A stretch of DNA of 64,000 nt from the human T2T-CHM13v2.0 reference genome, Homo sapiens (GCF_009914755.1 NC_060930.1); one strand, 5' to 3'; positions 17,428 to 31,934 are shown, counted from the stretch's first letter. A program made the numbers and translations. Notes: generated from the sequence alone by a model not told the origin.

Positions 17428-19779
17428 CTTTGTGGTTTTATCTACTTTTGGTCTTTGATGATGGTGATGTACAGATAGGTTTTTGGTATGGATGTCCTTT
17501 CTGTTTGTTAGTTTTCCTTCTAACAGACAGGACCCTCAGCTGCAGGTCTGTTGGAGTTTGCTAGAGGTCCACTCCAGACCCTGTTTGCCTGGGTATCAGC
17601 AGCGGTGTCTGCAGAACAGCAGTTTTTCGTGAACCGCGAATGCTGCTGTCTGATCTTTCTTCTGGAAGTTTTGTCTCAGAGGAGTACTCGGCCATGTGAG
17701 TTGTCAGTCTGCTCCTACTGGGGGGTGCCTCCCAGTTAGGCTGCTCGGGGGTCAGGGGTCAGGGACCCACTTGAGGAGGCAGTCTGCCCGTTCTCAGATC
17801 TCCAGCTGCGTGCTGGGAGAACCACTGCTCTCTTCAAAGCTGTCAGCCAGGGACATTTAAGTCTGCAGACGTTACTGCTATCTTTTTGTTTGTCTGTGCC
17901 CTGCCCCCAGAGGTGGGGCCTACAGAGGCAGGCAGGCCTCCTTGAGCTGTGGTGGGCTCCACCCAGTTCGAGCTTCCCAGCAGCTTTGTTTACCTAAGCA
18001 AGCCTGGGCAATGGCGGGTGACCCTTCCCCAGCCTTGCTGCCGCCTTGCAGTTTGACCTCAGACTGCTGTGCTAGCAATCAGTGAGACTCCGTGGGCGTA
18101 GGACCCTCCGAGCCAGGTGCGAGATATAATCTCCTGATGCGCCATTTTTTAAGCTCGTTGGAAAAGTGCAGTATTCGGGTGGGAGCGACCCGATTTTCCA
18201 GGTGCCGTCTGTCACCCCTTTCTTTGACTCGGAAAGGGAACTCCCTGACCCCTTGTGCTTCCTGAGTAAGGCAATGCCTCGCCCTGCTTTGGCTCACGCA
18301 CGGTGTGCTGCACCCACTGACCTGCACCCACTGTCTGGCACTCCCTGGTGAGATGAACCCGGTACCTCAGATGGAAATGCAGAAATCACCCGTCTTCTGC
18401 GTCACTCACGCTGGGAGCTGTAGACCTGAGCTGTTCCTATTCGGCCATCTTGGCTCCTCCCCCTACATCAGATCCTAAAAATCTTAATGAACCTAATTTC
18501 TATACGTTATTAATACCCCCAAATCCTGAAAACCAAAAGACAAATGTAATGGGTAGCTTAAGAAATAAGAAAACTTTATTCACTAATAAAATTTAAGGAA
18601 ATATTATGGTAAGTTCAAAGTAATACTCAAAAGAATAGAAGTTTTTCAGTTGTAATGTTATCAGAAATACTAAAAATTTAAAAACTAAAGTTTAAAAATG
18701 ACTTTAGAAACATCAATGAATGTATCTTAGTAAAAGGAAGCATTAACAATGAATGTTATATGAGTGAATTGTACAAAAACATAATATGACTTTCTTAAGT
18801 ATTATAATAACAAAAGCAATGATAATGGAAACAGATCTTTGAAACACTAATGTTATCCCCACAGCTTTCCTCATCTTCTTATGCTATTATCATCCTGCAC
18901 CCTACAGCTTCTGTCTGACTACACTTTCTCCTTAGTTTAAAACCACAATGAGATTAATATGCATTTTTGGAGGCAAGAGTAGGGAGGATACTGAGTTCTT
19001 TGAGTCATTTGGTAGTCTTTTCATGGTAAAAAAAAAAAAAAGTCATTTAAAGAAACTTAAGAAGAAGAAGGATTTCTGGAAATTACACCACAATTATACA
19101 ATCTTGCTGTATTATTTAGCATTTTGCTGGTAGCTACACATAGTGTTCAATAGTGAACAAAGAATAATTCCTAGGCAAGAAATTAAGAAAACAGTGTGAT
19201 ACCTACGTATCTCCTTGTCAATGTGAGTCCTATGGTTCTTCATTCAGAATGAACCCTCATTGAGATAATACAGACTGAGACAATATCTAGCGCAAGCTGA
19301 AAGTTCCTTGGACTAAACACCATGGGAGAAGAAGATATTCTTGCTGTGGAAATTTTTATGGGGTAGACCAAACCATATCTATATAAATATTCCGTTATAC
19401 AGCTTTCCTTACACATATTTTCAGATGGTTCCATTTATTTAGTTATTAACTGGAGAACTGACTTTAATTAACAAAAATATACCGGCATAACTGGTTTTAT
19501 ATAGTGTAATGCCAGAAAGAAACATGCTGCTGACAGGATGGGAACAGACCTTTTGTGATCAATACCTTTTCAAAGAGAAGACTAAAACAAACGTTTAATT
19601 CCCCTGGGATTTTAAGGTTTTTTTTGGCTTTTTTAGTGGAGTAAACAGGGGTACAGAATGTAGTAGGCATATGATTTTCACAAACTTCCTTTACAGCATG
19701 TATCTAGTTTTAAATTACTTTGTATCTCCCACCTCAGTGCTTTCCACCTAATTATGTGCATGTGTGCATATGTGTATGA

Positions 19780-20000
19780 CTTGAGAGGCAGTATAGTAGG
19801 ATGGTTTCAGGGCCCATACTCTGGTGCTAGACTGCAAACCACTCACTTTGGACAAGATGGTTAATCTTTAAAATGGGAATAATGATGGGATGTTATTAAT
19901 ATCAAATAAGTGGTTGTTGTGAGGATTAAATTAGTTTATTAATTTAAAGTTCTTAATGTCTAGCTCAAAAAACTGCTCAAAGGTGTTAGCTGTTATCATA
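19780..20000 (+). mobile_element. MIR
   Basis: aggcagtatagtagg...taaaatgggaataat...gttgtgaggattaaa. Confidence 0.7.
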
Positions 20001-21073
20001 CATGTTTCCAAGGCAGAAAAGTATGGTTAAATGTGAGATTAGATAAATACGAAAGAAGTTATATTCTTAAATCTAACAGATACTAATTTAAGAGGCATGC
20101 CCAAATTAACCATTATTTTGCTGCCTGTGCCAACAGTCTCTTCCCCAGAGAAATCCTACTTTTATGAATCTTTGGCTAGGAGCTGATATAAATCTCATTC
20201 TTAAGGATCTAAAAAATTCTTTATATTTTGTACTCTTCTATCAGAAATAAATTTTTACTTTCTTAAAAAATATTTTTTGGTAGCTGCCTTATATACTTTA
20301 GTCCTCTATTCTTTTCTACAGAGCAAAGAATAGAAAACTGATTATTACAGGATCTACCTATCCTTCCATCTGTTAATTCATTAATAAAAATTTTCAAACT
20401 CACTAAAATGTACATGGCACTATGCTGGGCACAAAATTTACAAACTAGTTTCTTGTAGGGGAAAAAACTGAGAAATTGAAAAACTGTGAATGGGATATTG
20501 AAGCTTATTGAGAATTATAAAGCAATAGGAGAGGAAGGAAAAAAGTTACTAAGTGAACTACCATAGAGTCAATGAATTTATAAGAGAAGGACTTTAAAGA
20601 CAGAATGGTCCAATTGTTCTTAACTTTTCTAAAAAGCACCAACACATCTGAAGGATAAGATAACAGTAAGAATATATGAATATCGTAACTAATGTGTTAA
20701 CAAAGTTTTGTGGTAAATTATTACACTTAAAATCAACAAAGGGAAAAAAAGCCAGAAGGGGACATTATGTAGAAGGAAAGGTGGACAAGATGCTTCTAAT
20801 ATTAATTTCTTAGCTATTTGGCAAAAAAAGGAAAAATGAACACAGTATAGTTTTTTACCATGTGATATATCTGTGGTCATTTTTTTGGTAAGGGTGTTTG
20901 TGGGGATGGGGGATAAACAGCTGTCCTGACATTAATTCTAAGAACTTAATTGTGTGGATGCTTATGAAAGAAACTTCAGTAGCATCACAGCTAAGTATTC
21001 AACAGGAACTATCCAAAAAAGTAATAAGAAAAGCTTTCAATCATAATTCAAAGAGGCTATTATATTTAAGGAT

Positions 21074-21199
21074 AGGGTGATGACTTGCCTTGCTCAGGAC
21101 AGTCCAGTTTACATCTACTATCCTGGCTTAAATATTAATAGGACCTCATTCCACACTCAGAAGGATCCAAGTTTGGATCATAAATTATGTGGTCACCTT
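21074..21199. mobile_element. MER94-like hAT-Blackjack MITE
   Basis: Terminal inverted repeats agggtga.../...ggtcacctt; internal ggacagtccagttta and ataaattatgtggtcacc. Confidence 0.7.
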
Positions 21200-21360
21200 A
21201 TCTATGGGTATCTTAGTCTAGATGTGTTGCTTTGTAGTGACCTTGTTTGACAGAGGAAAGGGCTTTACAAATGGTTTCTGTTAAATTTCAAGACAAACTA
21301 GGTGGCAAAACTTTAAGCCCTAAATTAAAAGAGAAGATATGAAATATATGAAAAACTCAC

Positions 21361-21495
21361 ACTTAGAATTGAAAGCAGTTCTTCAGTACTGCATTCAGGC
21401 TTCAAGCGGTCCTTGAACATTTTAACTGTTTGATGCTTCAAATAGTAATAGGAGGCAATTCGGCCATAAGTTAGAGGTTCAATGCTGCGATTATC
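21361..21495 (-). CDS. ASCC3: ASCC3 coding exon (last in window), 135 nt: DNRSIEPLTYGRIASYYYLKHQTVKMFKDRLKPECSTEELLSILS, start of Sec63 domain
   Basis: GRIASYYYL is the typical Sec63-unit start; acceptor gaaatag, donor AGT|gtgagt. No further exon was found in 1-21360. Confidence 0.96.
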
Positions 21496-21674
21496 CTATT
21501 TCAAAAGAATAACAAATGAAGAGTACGATGAAAGTACATATCTTTATAAAATTAATAATTCAGACAGGTGCTTTTGAAACAATTTTTTAAAAAATTTTGA
21601 TAGTATTAAAAGCAAAAGACCTGTCAAAAAGCTGGGCAATCTTTTCAATTAGAATGCATATGACTAAGTCATAC

Positions 21675-21786
21675 CTCTCCAATTTCAATACAGTAGGAAA
21701 GTTCCAATTCAATCAGGGACTTCTCAATCAGATGGGACAGAAACTTGTTCACAGAATCATGGCTCACATCACCCAAATTGTAATAG
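21675..21786 (-). CDS. ASCC3: ASCC3 coding exon, 112 nt: (S)YYNLGDVSHDSVNKFLSHLIEKSLIELELSYCIEIGE
   Basis: Acceptor ttttctag, donor GAG|gtatga. Confidence 0.96.
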
Positions 21787-24700
21787 CTAGAAAACAAGCA
21801 AGGTTATTATTATTTGTTTCAAGACATTTTCTACTAAAACTATCACCTCAGTTTCACAGAATATATATAAATATAATCCCCTTTTATTATAAAACCTATC
21901 CTCAGTAACATCACAAAACTCACAGAAATATTAATCTTGGGTGGTAGATGAGTTCTTTTAGGCAATTCAGTCAATTATTGTTCCCCTAGTGCTTACAGAA
22001 TAAATGTCATCCTAATGACTAGAAGGGACATCATCAGGGTAAAAATAAAGCATTCTAACCAAGTCTTAATACAGGAAAAATACATAAGTCCAGCTCTGTA
22101 TATTTTCCAAGCAAAAAGCCTAAAGACATACATTTCACCTGAATGTGCATCCCTGCAACACTGAGAAGTTCTTGGCAAAACCCCATGGCCTCTAGGGATC
22201 TGTGCCTGGAAACAGATCCGAAGAGCAAGGGACTACACCCATAATCTTGGCAGTTCCCTAATTCCTACTAGGTGAACCCTATATCCTAGTCAGCATGGGT
22301 AATTTATATGCCCTACCTCCCTTTTCCCCATCCACATCAAAGAATGGCAGTGGAAAGTGGTCTTAGAGAACCGGTTCTCATCCCTAAGACCCCATCATGA
22401 TGGTTTTACATCTGTACAGGACTAGGAAGGGAATATTCATAGTCTGGGAAAAGGGTGCTAACAATTTCAAATGGGAGAGGACTAAAGAAAGCCACAACTT
22501 GAGAGCAATAGAGAACACTATCTAGATGACAATTTTTGTGATATTTTTCATTCTTCAAAGGAAGAGACTTGGGGTCAGTAAATTATAAAAAAATTATTTA
22601 AAAATACACAAAGCAGGACTAATAATGTCAGGACATATTTTCATTAGAAAGAAAAGTTAGTGCAAATGGCTAGGTACACCCAAATATGAGAGGCCCCATT
22701 ACATAAAAATTATTATAGTAAAAGACTATTGCAATTTATTTGGGAAAATTACTTCCATTAAAAAGGAAGTTACTTTAATTTTGATCTATTGAAAAGTTAC
22801 TGCTTTTTCTAGAAAAGCTCTTGGCATGTACCTAAATAAAGCAATATTAATCAATTAAGAGATAAATAAGTACTGAACCTAGTGCTGTCATTAATTTAAA
22901 CAAAATGTTCAAATTTATGTCTAAGCATATATGGAAGTGAAAAACCAAAATTATTAACCATTAGAAAATATTTCTTTTCTTTTGGAAAATGACTAAGGAG
23001 GAGTAGTTAGAATAATGTCTTCTGCTTTAGAGGTGAAAATAAAAATTCTGGACATTCAAGCCATATAAAAGATACAAATATCCAAAGTCATTCAAAATTT
23101 TTAAAATATTTTTTCTCTTTCATTGTTTTGCAAGAAATGAAATTCATCAGTCAAACTTTCTACAATATAAGTGCTTACTTTGTATTTCACATTCTTTTGG
23201 CTTACTAAGCCTATAAATTTTCCAATACTATTTTTAGCTGTCAGGACTAATACATAGCTGATAAAGTTATTTCTAAATTCAAAACACTAGTCAAAATGTG
23301 CCCAGGATACTAAGTAGTAGGATTTGTAGAGTAAGAATCAAACTATTCTTTTTTTAAACCAAATCTGTCTGCCTTGATCTTGGAACAAACAATTCTTTAT
23401 GCAACTGACATTACAGAAAGAAGATATTTTGAAAATATTACTGTGAAATACAAAAAAATTAAAATACTATTTTTATCTATCCATTTACTAGGTCGTTTGA
23501 AAACTAATGGATCCTGTTACGGATTACCATCAGCCGTTGTCCTATATATAACTGGGATGTCAACTTTACCATTTTTATGCTTTAATGAATAAATTTGGTA
23601 CACTTACAAATAATATTTAAAACTATCAATGAAAAAAAACTTTCCTTGAAAAAATTACAGGTTCTTTTAAATATTTATCTTATTTTATTTACTGTATTTG
23701 CTTTATTTTGTTTACTGTATTTACAAGGTATATTTCAATGGATTAATATCCCTTCTAAAGTCTGTTTATTTAAGCCTATTGGGACTTTTTAAAGACAAAT
23801 CTGTGGTTTTCATCCAGATAAAATATAGTCAGGGTAAATATATCTTAAACATTTAAAGTAAGTCACCAAAAAAAAAAAAAAATCAACCTAAATGATGTTT
23901 CTGAGATTACAATAAATTATATGATGACACCACTAAAATATTATTCATAATCTAACTTGCTAAAAGTTCACATTTCTTCATGCAGAAAACATAAATGTTT
24001 CACTGTTATTTTTTCTTAACACAGTTTTTTTTTCTAAATGTGGTCACCAACATTCTTATTGACTTGCATAACAGAAGAAATACAAAATTCAATTCAAGTA
24101 AATTGAACTTCACTGATCTTTACCAAATACTATTCTTGGTCAATATTTGGACTGAGATTCTAAAGTCATTTAAAATATTTTCAAATCCTTATAAAAGTAA
24201 GATATTGTTACATCTTAATTAGATATACAATTTGTGAGACACTATAAAATAATTTAAATGTAAATGAAGTTTTTTAGGTTACATAAAATTTTGGGAGTTA
24301 ATATATTTTGAATTTTTCTGTGAATAAGGAATAGAGTACAGATTTATATGCTCTCGATTAGTAGCATAATACAGCCTTTACTTCTATGAGGTGAACTTTT
24401 TTTAGTTACTGTGCATCTTCTAGCCTGAACAATTATAAGCATTTAGCTTAAAACATTACATATCATTAATTTTAATAATCACTTTACTAACTTGAAAAAG
24501 CATGCAACAGCTAAGTAAAAAGGTCTGTTTTCATGTTGCACTCTCCACAGTACAAAATTTGTAATTTACTGGTTATTTAAACACAAACATTTCACAACTG
24601 TTTAATTATGGGTAAAGGATAAAACGTAGTTTTATGTTCACTGCATTGAATCATCAAGTCATTATCTTCTCTTTGCCATAAACGGACAGCCTACCTTTTT

Positions 24701-26261
24701 GTCAGCATGCTATTTCATTTATTTCACAGAGAAACCCAGTTTCACAATAATTGACTTGTCAGAAGCTCTAATTTATGAGACTGAGCTCTGTAAGACTTCT
24801 CTATATTGGACTCAACCTGCACACAAGCAGGGTTGAATATTTACAATGCTGTTAACAGGTGCTGAGTTGTTTAATGATTCTAATAGCCAGAAGCGTACTG
24901 AGAAAGCCAGCGGGATCACAATTACAGGCTGTTTGAACACAACAATTACTAGTCCCCTGAGAGGTGTGAAAGTCAAAGGCAGTTTGATACTGACAGCATC
25001 CAGCACATGGGCTACACAAGCTAACTTCTATTAGCAGTCCATTGGGAAAAAGTCATAACAAACCTCTCCCTATCATAAAAATTTACAAAGTTCGTAAAAT
25101 TTAAAGAATCAAAAACTAAAAAGTTTTTCAAAAATTATCTTTAAAAGATCTTATCAAAGGACAAACAAGAATACTACATATGAAATCTCAAGTTACTTTT
25201 TCAAATCTTAATACTGATGAAATTTCACCAGTTGAGAATGAAAGAGGTTTTATATTAATGTAAAACATAGATAAAGTTACACCAAACGGTTTGGATTTAA
25301 TGTGAATAGTGGCAGCCATTTCCTGTTTGGTTTATGTAAACCTGTTCAGATATCTTGCTGGGAAATTTTTCATCAGTATTGAAATGCTGCTGCTATAACT
25401 GTCAGTAGTGGGAAGTCATTTGTTACAGCACCATTTTTTTTATGTTCAGATTATGCAGCAATAACAATGACACAAATAGCGAAAGTGGTTGCAGGAACAG
25501 CTGAAACTACCACATTTTTGCCTCAGATATATTTAAAAGCTTTCTCAGGGGAAAACAGAGTAAAACTGAACATACAAATTGAATCCAGAACTCAATTTGG
25601 AATATATTATATTTTATGAAAGCACCAGTACATGTGTTTATATTCATTTGCACAAGTTAATGTGTGTGTGTATGTTATATGTATATATATGTGTTTACAT
25701 ATCTAAACATAATTATCTTTATATGCATATATACATAATATACACACACAGACACACACAAGAATATAAATAGACATATAGTGACCAACTCAGGAACAGT
25801 GGTTGAAATCTTTGTCAACACAAGTTTTACTTTTGGTGTGCTGTGGCGAGGACTTCATAGTAGTATGATTAGCTGAAGGGAGCTGGAATATGAGGTTGTA
25901 TTTCTTTACCTATATATAACTATATTATAAAAATGGTCTTTCTTTTCTATTGTTAAGTAAACCTCAGTCTCTTTGTTATACACACATGCAGATGAACAAG
26001 CATGCATACATATTCTTCCTTCCCAAGGAAAGTCAAATCTCAATTCATGGTACTAGATGATAAGGATTATTAAGGAAAAAGTAAAACTATACATAATGTA
26101 AGTGTTTCATTAGAGACAATTACTTTAGCATTTTAAAAAATTTTATCAGATCTAAAAATAAGTGGGAAAAATTTACCAGTTTCCTGTGGCTTGGTTTGCT
26201 TCCAGCTTTTGGGAAAAGTGATTTTAACACAGACAATAATAAAAAGACACAAGCGAGGGCC

Positions 26262-27070
26262 AATCACAAGAATGTGGAGAAAGGGGAATCCTTGTACATG
26301 GTTGCTGAGAATGTACATTATTAGCACAGCCTCTTTGGAAAACAGTATGGATAGTTCCTAAAAATCTAAAAATAGATCTAGCATATGATCCAGCAATCCC
26401 AGTTCTGGGTATATACCCAAAGGAAATGAAATCAGTATGTTGAAGAGACGTCTGCACTCCTATGTTCACTGCAGCATTATTCACAATAGCCAAGATATGG
26501 AAACAATATAAGTGCTCATCAATGGATATTCAAATGGATTTGAAAAATATGGTGTATATATACACAATGGAATATTTAAAAAAGAAGGAAATTCTATATT
26601 AGCACCAACATGGATAAATCTAGAGGGGGAGGAATCTAGAGGGCATTATGCCATTGAAATAAGGTAGGTAGTATGGAAAGACAAATACTGTATGATCTCA
26701 CTTATATGTGGAACCTAAAAAAGTTAAACTCATAGAAGTAGAGGGTAGGATGTCAGTTATCAGAGGCCATGAGGGTTGGGAAAGCCATGCAAGCAAAGGG
26801 GGAATTGGTCAAAGGGCATAAAGTTTCGGTTAGACAGAAGGAATAAGTTCTGGTGATGCACTGCACAGCATGGTAACTATCGTTAATAATAATGTATTGT
26901 GTATTTTAAAATTACTAAAAAGAGTAGATGTTCTTGCTACAAAGAAATGATAAGCATGTGAAGTGATCGATATGTTAATTAGCCTGATTTGTTCATTTCA
27001 CAATGTACACAATGTACACAAACAGCACATTGTACACCATAATATAATTATCAGTTAAAATTTTTTAAAA
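26262..27070 (+). mobile_element. L1M (L1MA/MB) 3' fragment
   Basis: atatgatccagcaatccc; atgatctcacttatatgtggaa; ttagacagaaggaataagttc. Confidence 0.85.
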
Positions 27071-28509
27071 GAAAATTTATGTTCACACAAAATCTCACAA
27101 ATATTTATAGCAGCATTATTTTAAAAAAGAGTCAATTAAAAAAGAAGGTGGCAGAGCTTGACTATAGCTAAGTAAAATATATAAATTGTCAAAATTTACT
27201 TAGGCACATTTTTCCATTTTTATCTAGATGTGAAGGTTTATATATTAAAACTGACAGTTTGTTTTTTGGGGGGCATCAAATAAAAAGGGTCATTTGAGTG
27301 AGTATGGCAGAGTTTCCATAAAGAACCCATTGTTCAGCATAGCACTGAAAAGAGAAGTGGACAGGGAATGTGGACCTGACAATGAGCACAGTGATGGAGA
27401 ATGGGATGGAATCCTAGTGTTGCCTCTGTCACTTGGGAGCTGTGCTATTGGGAGCAAGTTGCTTATTCTCCTTGTGCTTCCTTTATTTATAAAATGAGGA
27501 TCATAACAGTACTAAATGAGTTAAGCTCCTGAAACAGCATTTCAAATATAGTAGACACCCAATAAATATTATCAATGCAGATTTTTGTTTACAACTTTAT
27601 TAATTCCAATTTTTATTTTTATAAATTTCTTTCCTATATTTACATTTTGCTATTGTTCTTTATCTAGTTTTTAAAGATAAATGCTTATTTTATTTTTAAG
27701 CATTCACATTTTCTATGAGGTCTGTAAAGATATAAATATTCCTTAGAATTGTGCTTTGGTTTAAATTCATTGTTTTATTACATTTGTATTTTTGTACAGC
27801 TATGGTCTATACCTTTCGTTTTGATTTCATCTTTTACTACAATAAAAGTTTTATAATCCCAAGCAGTTAAATTTTTTTGCCATCCCTTTTATTGCTTATT
27901 TCTGGTTTTATTATATTACACAATGAGAATGTAGCCTTATGATCTCTATGTTGAGATGTTCTTTGGGGTCTACTTCATAGTAAATTTTTCAAAACAAATC
28001 TTCCATTAGTGTTTGTAAGTAATGATATTTTGTTAGGGACATATGTACAAAGATACAATGGATACAAATTCAAGGATATTATTATTTAAATCCTCTTTTT
28101 TATGAAATACTTATCTTTTTGATGTGTTAAAGTCTCCTAACATGACTAATTTAGTTGGGCTGTAATTTTAATTGAATTTCAGTTTTTGCTTTACATATCT
28201 GATGTTATTTTTAGTCTCTCTAAAAATCTGTAAACTACCATAACTTTCTAGTGATTGTGTTTGTTACCAATATGATACACTCTTCTTTGTCCTTTGTATT
28301 TTTTTGCCTCGAATTTGGTTTTGTATGATTTTAATTCTGCTGCTGCTGTTTTCTCTTTGCTATCATTCTCCTTTACATCTTCTTTCAATCCTTAAATTTC
28401 AGCTTTTCTATGTCAATCACGTTTGAATGAATCTGATAATTTCTCTTTTACAACAGGGAAGTTTAAATCATTTACAATATTTATTATTATAGTTGACCTG
28501 ACTTACGGC

Positions 28510-29110
28510 ATAAATAGATCCCATCTGTCCCCTGCTCAAAACTCTGCAATGGTTCCTGTTTCATCCAGAACGAAAGTCAAAATCCTCACCATAGTTTCTA
28601 AGACCACCCATGCCCTATATCACCACTGGCCCTCCACATCCCCAACCTCATCTCCTGCTATTTTCCTGCTTTCACTTATCCTACTTCAGCGACATCTTTT
28701 CCTTGTTGTTCCTTGAATACACCAGGCATGCCAGCCTTAATATCTCTCTTGTTCCCTTGGCCTGAAATGCTGTTTTCTAGAAAGTGGTCAACTTTCTTAC
28801 CTTTGTCAAGTTTTGGCTGAAATATCAGCACCCTTAATGAGGCCCACCCTGACTTTCTTTTTAATACAGTATTGTAATCTCCCATCTCCCCCCAGGCCGC
28901 CTTCTGGCTCTCCCAATCTTCCTTATCCTGTTTTCCTTCTAAACATCTATTACCTTTTAATAATATTAAAATCTACCGTCTCTGCTAAAAGAACATGAGT
29001 GCCAAGATAGCAAAAGTTTTTGTTTAGTTTACTAATACATCTTCAAAGTGGCTAGAGTGGTGCCTGGAACATAGTAGGTACTCAATAAATGTTTACAGAA
29101 TTAAGAAATA
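28510..29110 (+). mobile_element. L2 3' fragment
   Basis: Ends gtgcctggaacatagtaggtactcaataaatgt. Confidence 0.7.
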
Positions 29111-29420
29111 AAAAAATTAATTTTTAAATGCTTATACTTTATAATTTTAAGTAAATTTTATGATTTTTGAGGCTAGAAGTCATTATTTATGTTGCTACTA
29201 TCTTCCAACAGAAAGTAAGAGTTGCCAATCATAGCTTTTTCTGAAAAACAAATTATTGCTGTATCTATTCTAGATTTATGAACTTACATGGCAACAGCTT
29301 GGGCATAGGGTTCTACTTCAGAATAATAATGACAGCCCAGCCACGTATCTCAACATATGTATTGGTGGCTACTGAAGGAACCAACACATGAAATATGAAT
29401 GGTCAAGAGTGGATAAACTG

Positions 29421-29759
<339 letters not shown>

Positions 29760-30949
29760 CTACATTTATCAATATTGACTGGACTTTTTAGACTGTTAAG
29801 ACTTGGCTAGCTGTAAGGGCTGAGGAGGGTACTGCAGGCAAGAAGAAGAGTGACAGCAGAAGCACAAAAGTGAGAGGAACTTCTTATGTAGACGGTGTGG
29901 GTTAATATCTACACTAGCCCCTTTGGTGGTAGGCGGGAGATACTCAACCCTCTTTTTGGGGTAGCAAGATGTGAGGGAAAGCAGCTGCCACAACTACTAA
30001 GAGCTCTTAGTCAATGCATGAAGACAATTTACCCTTCTGACTTTCAGTCCCCAAATTTCCTACAGCTAAAGAGGTGTGAACTAAAGAATACTCATTTATT
30101 TACATGGACTACACTGACTACCACCATGTGTGAGCAGGAGACATCCTAAATTGCTAATACCCAAGAATACTCTGGATCAGAGGCTCACTATAATTTCTGT
30201 AATTAATAAACCTCTTAAGATTTCATCTTTTGTCTACTGTGATAAGTCTCCCCAAACTTCCTGTTCTTTCATTACTACTGTTTATTACAGTTTCATGTGG
30301 ATTTTCTCACCATAATATTATAAAATAGAAGGCAGTTTGTAACCAGAGCAACAGGGAGTCATACCTACCCAGCTCCCTGTGTGTGGGACCCCTGTTCTGA
30401 CCCGTGTCTCCAACTGTGCTCCTGGCTCATCTCACTCTTATGGTTGAAAAAAATGTAAACACTGGACAATTTCCTACTCATTATCTTAATTTAAAGATTT
30501 ACTGCATTCTGTGTCTGCTAACTAAACCTTATCTAGTTCCCACCCCCTATATAATACATTTAATTTCTGATCAATACTATCTGACAGTTTACAAAGTAGG
30601 CAAAATTGAAAGACAGACTAAAAGCAGGTTAAGCAGTTAGAGGACTATGGAAGCAAAGGAGAGGGAAGATCAAAAAGCAAACTTGGGGTTTTAAGTCAAG
30701 GTAAACAGATACAGTGATAATATTAAGAAAAGTAAGAAAGTTAGAGTAGAGAAAGATTTTTAGAGTTACATGATTAATTCAGTTTTGGACATGTTAAAGT
30801 GAAATGATGGTGGGAAGTCCATGTGGCAACATTCAGAAGGCTGGAGAAATAAAATTGTAACTTGATAGACAGCAGATTATAGCCACATATTTTAGGGTCT
30901 TTCACATACAAGGTGATATTTTAAATATAGATAGGACCAGCAGAGAAGA

Positions 30950-31420
30950 ACCTTTTAATATTATGTCCTGAGAAGAACACAATATCATTTCTGTAATATT
31001 CTTGCTGAATAGACATAATTTGAATTTAGTGATGAGGAAATCAGCAAAAGCCAAATTGAAGGACATTCTACAAAACAATTGGCCAGTTCTCTTCAGAAAT
31101 GTCAAGGTTATGACAGACAAAGGAAGACTGAGGAAATATCACAGACTAGAGTGAACTAGACAGGGCAACTAAATGCAACTCAGGGTACTTAACTGGATCT
31201 TGGACAGAAAAGGGACATTAGTGGAACAACTGGTGAAATCTGAATAGCTTGTAGTATTGTATAAATGTTAATTTCCTGATTTTGATAATTAGACATGGTC
31301 ATGTAAGATGTTAACATGGGGAAGCTGGGTGAAGGGTATACAGTGCTGCTTTGTACTATTTTTTTTTTTTGCAATTTAAAATAGAAAGTTCAACAATTAA
31401 AAAAAAATTTAAAAAGGAGA
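30950..31420 (+). mobile_element. L1MC/ME 3' end
   Basis: aaattgaaggacattctacaaaac...aaaagggacattagtggaacaactggtgaaatctgaat. Confidence 0.7.
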
Positions 31421-31919
31421 TACATATACAAAGGGCAACGTATCTGTGGATTCAGTAAGGAACTACAATTTGCTAAAGTACTAAATTGGCCTCAGAGAAT
31501 TATGTCTCTGTGTGCTAATTAGACAAACTGACTAAAATGACTAGGTTCTTATCTCTAAACTAGACTCTTTAGGATGGTACAGATCAGTAAAGCAACTGAC
31601 AGAGAGTCCAGAACAGCAGCTCAAAATCGACATTATATTCTTTATAATTAATACAGAATTAGAATGGCTTTAATTCATTTATTTAATTCTCAATATGACC
31701 CAGTGAGGGAGGGAGGCTATTCGTTACTTTCCAGATGAAGAACGTCTAGCTCAGAGAGGTAAAGTGACTCAGACTCACACCATTAGTAAAGGATAGTGAG
31801 GAAATAAGAATCAGTGTGTTGATTCCAAGCCCAAAGCTCTTTCTGTCACACTAAATGCCTTGATTCTTATGTAATAGAAATGATAAATATATCTACAGTT
31901 ACATGCCAACTCCCATCTA

Positions 31920-31934
31920 TACACACATGCACAT

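Noticed and set aside
18011-18085. L1 ORF0 on the plus strand (MAGDPSPALLPPCSLTSDCCASNQ)
   Set aside because: Stops at codon 25 (TGA, likely CpG decay of CGA), far short of the ~71-aa ORF0.
19200-19450. Possible cryptic ASCC3 exon (ttctccag acceptor near 19450, gtaggt-like donor near 19206)
   Set aside because: Splice-like motifs only; no similarity to the expected next ASCC3 peptide and no transcript evidence available.
21597-21908. 103-aa plus-strand ORF
   Set aside because: Antisense shadow of the ASCC3 exon at 21675-21786; non-ATG start and no independent support.
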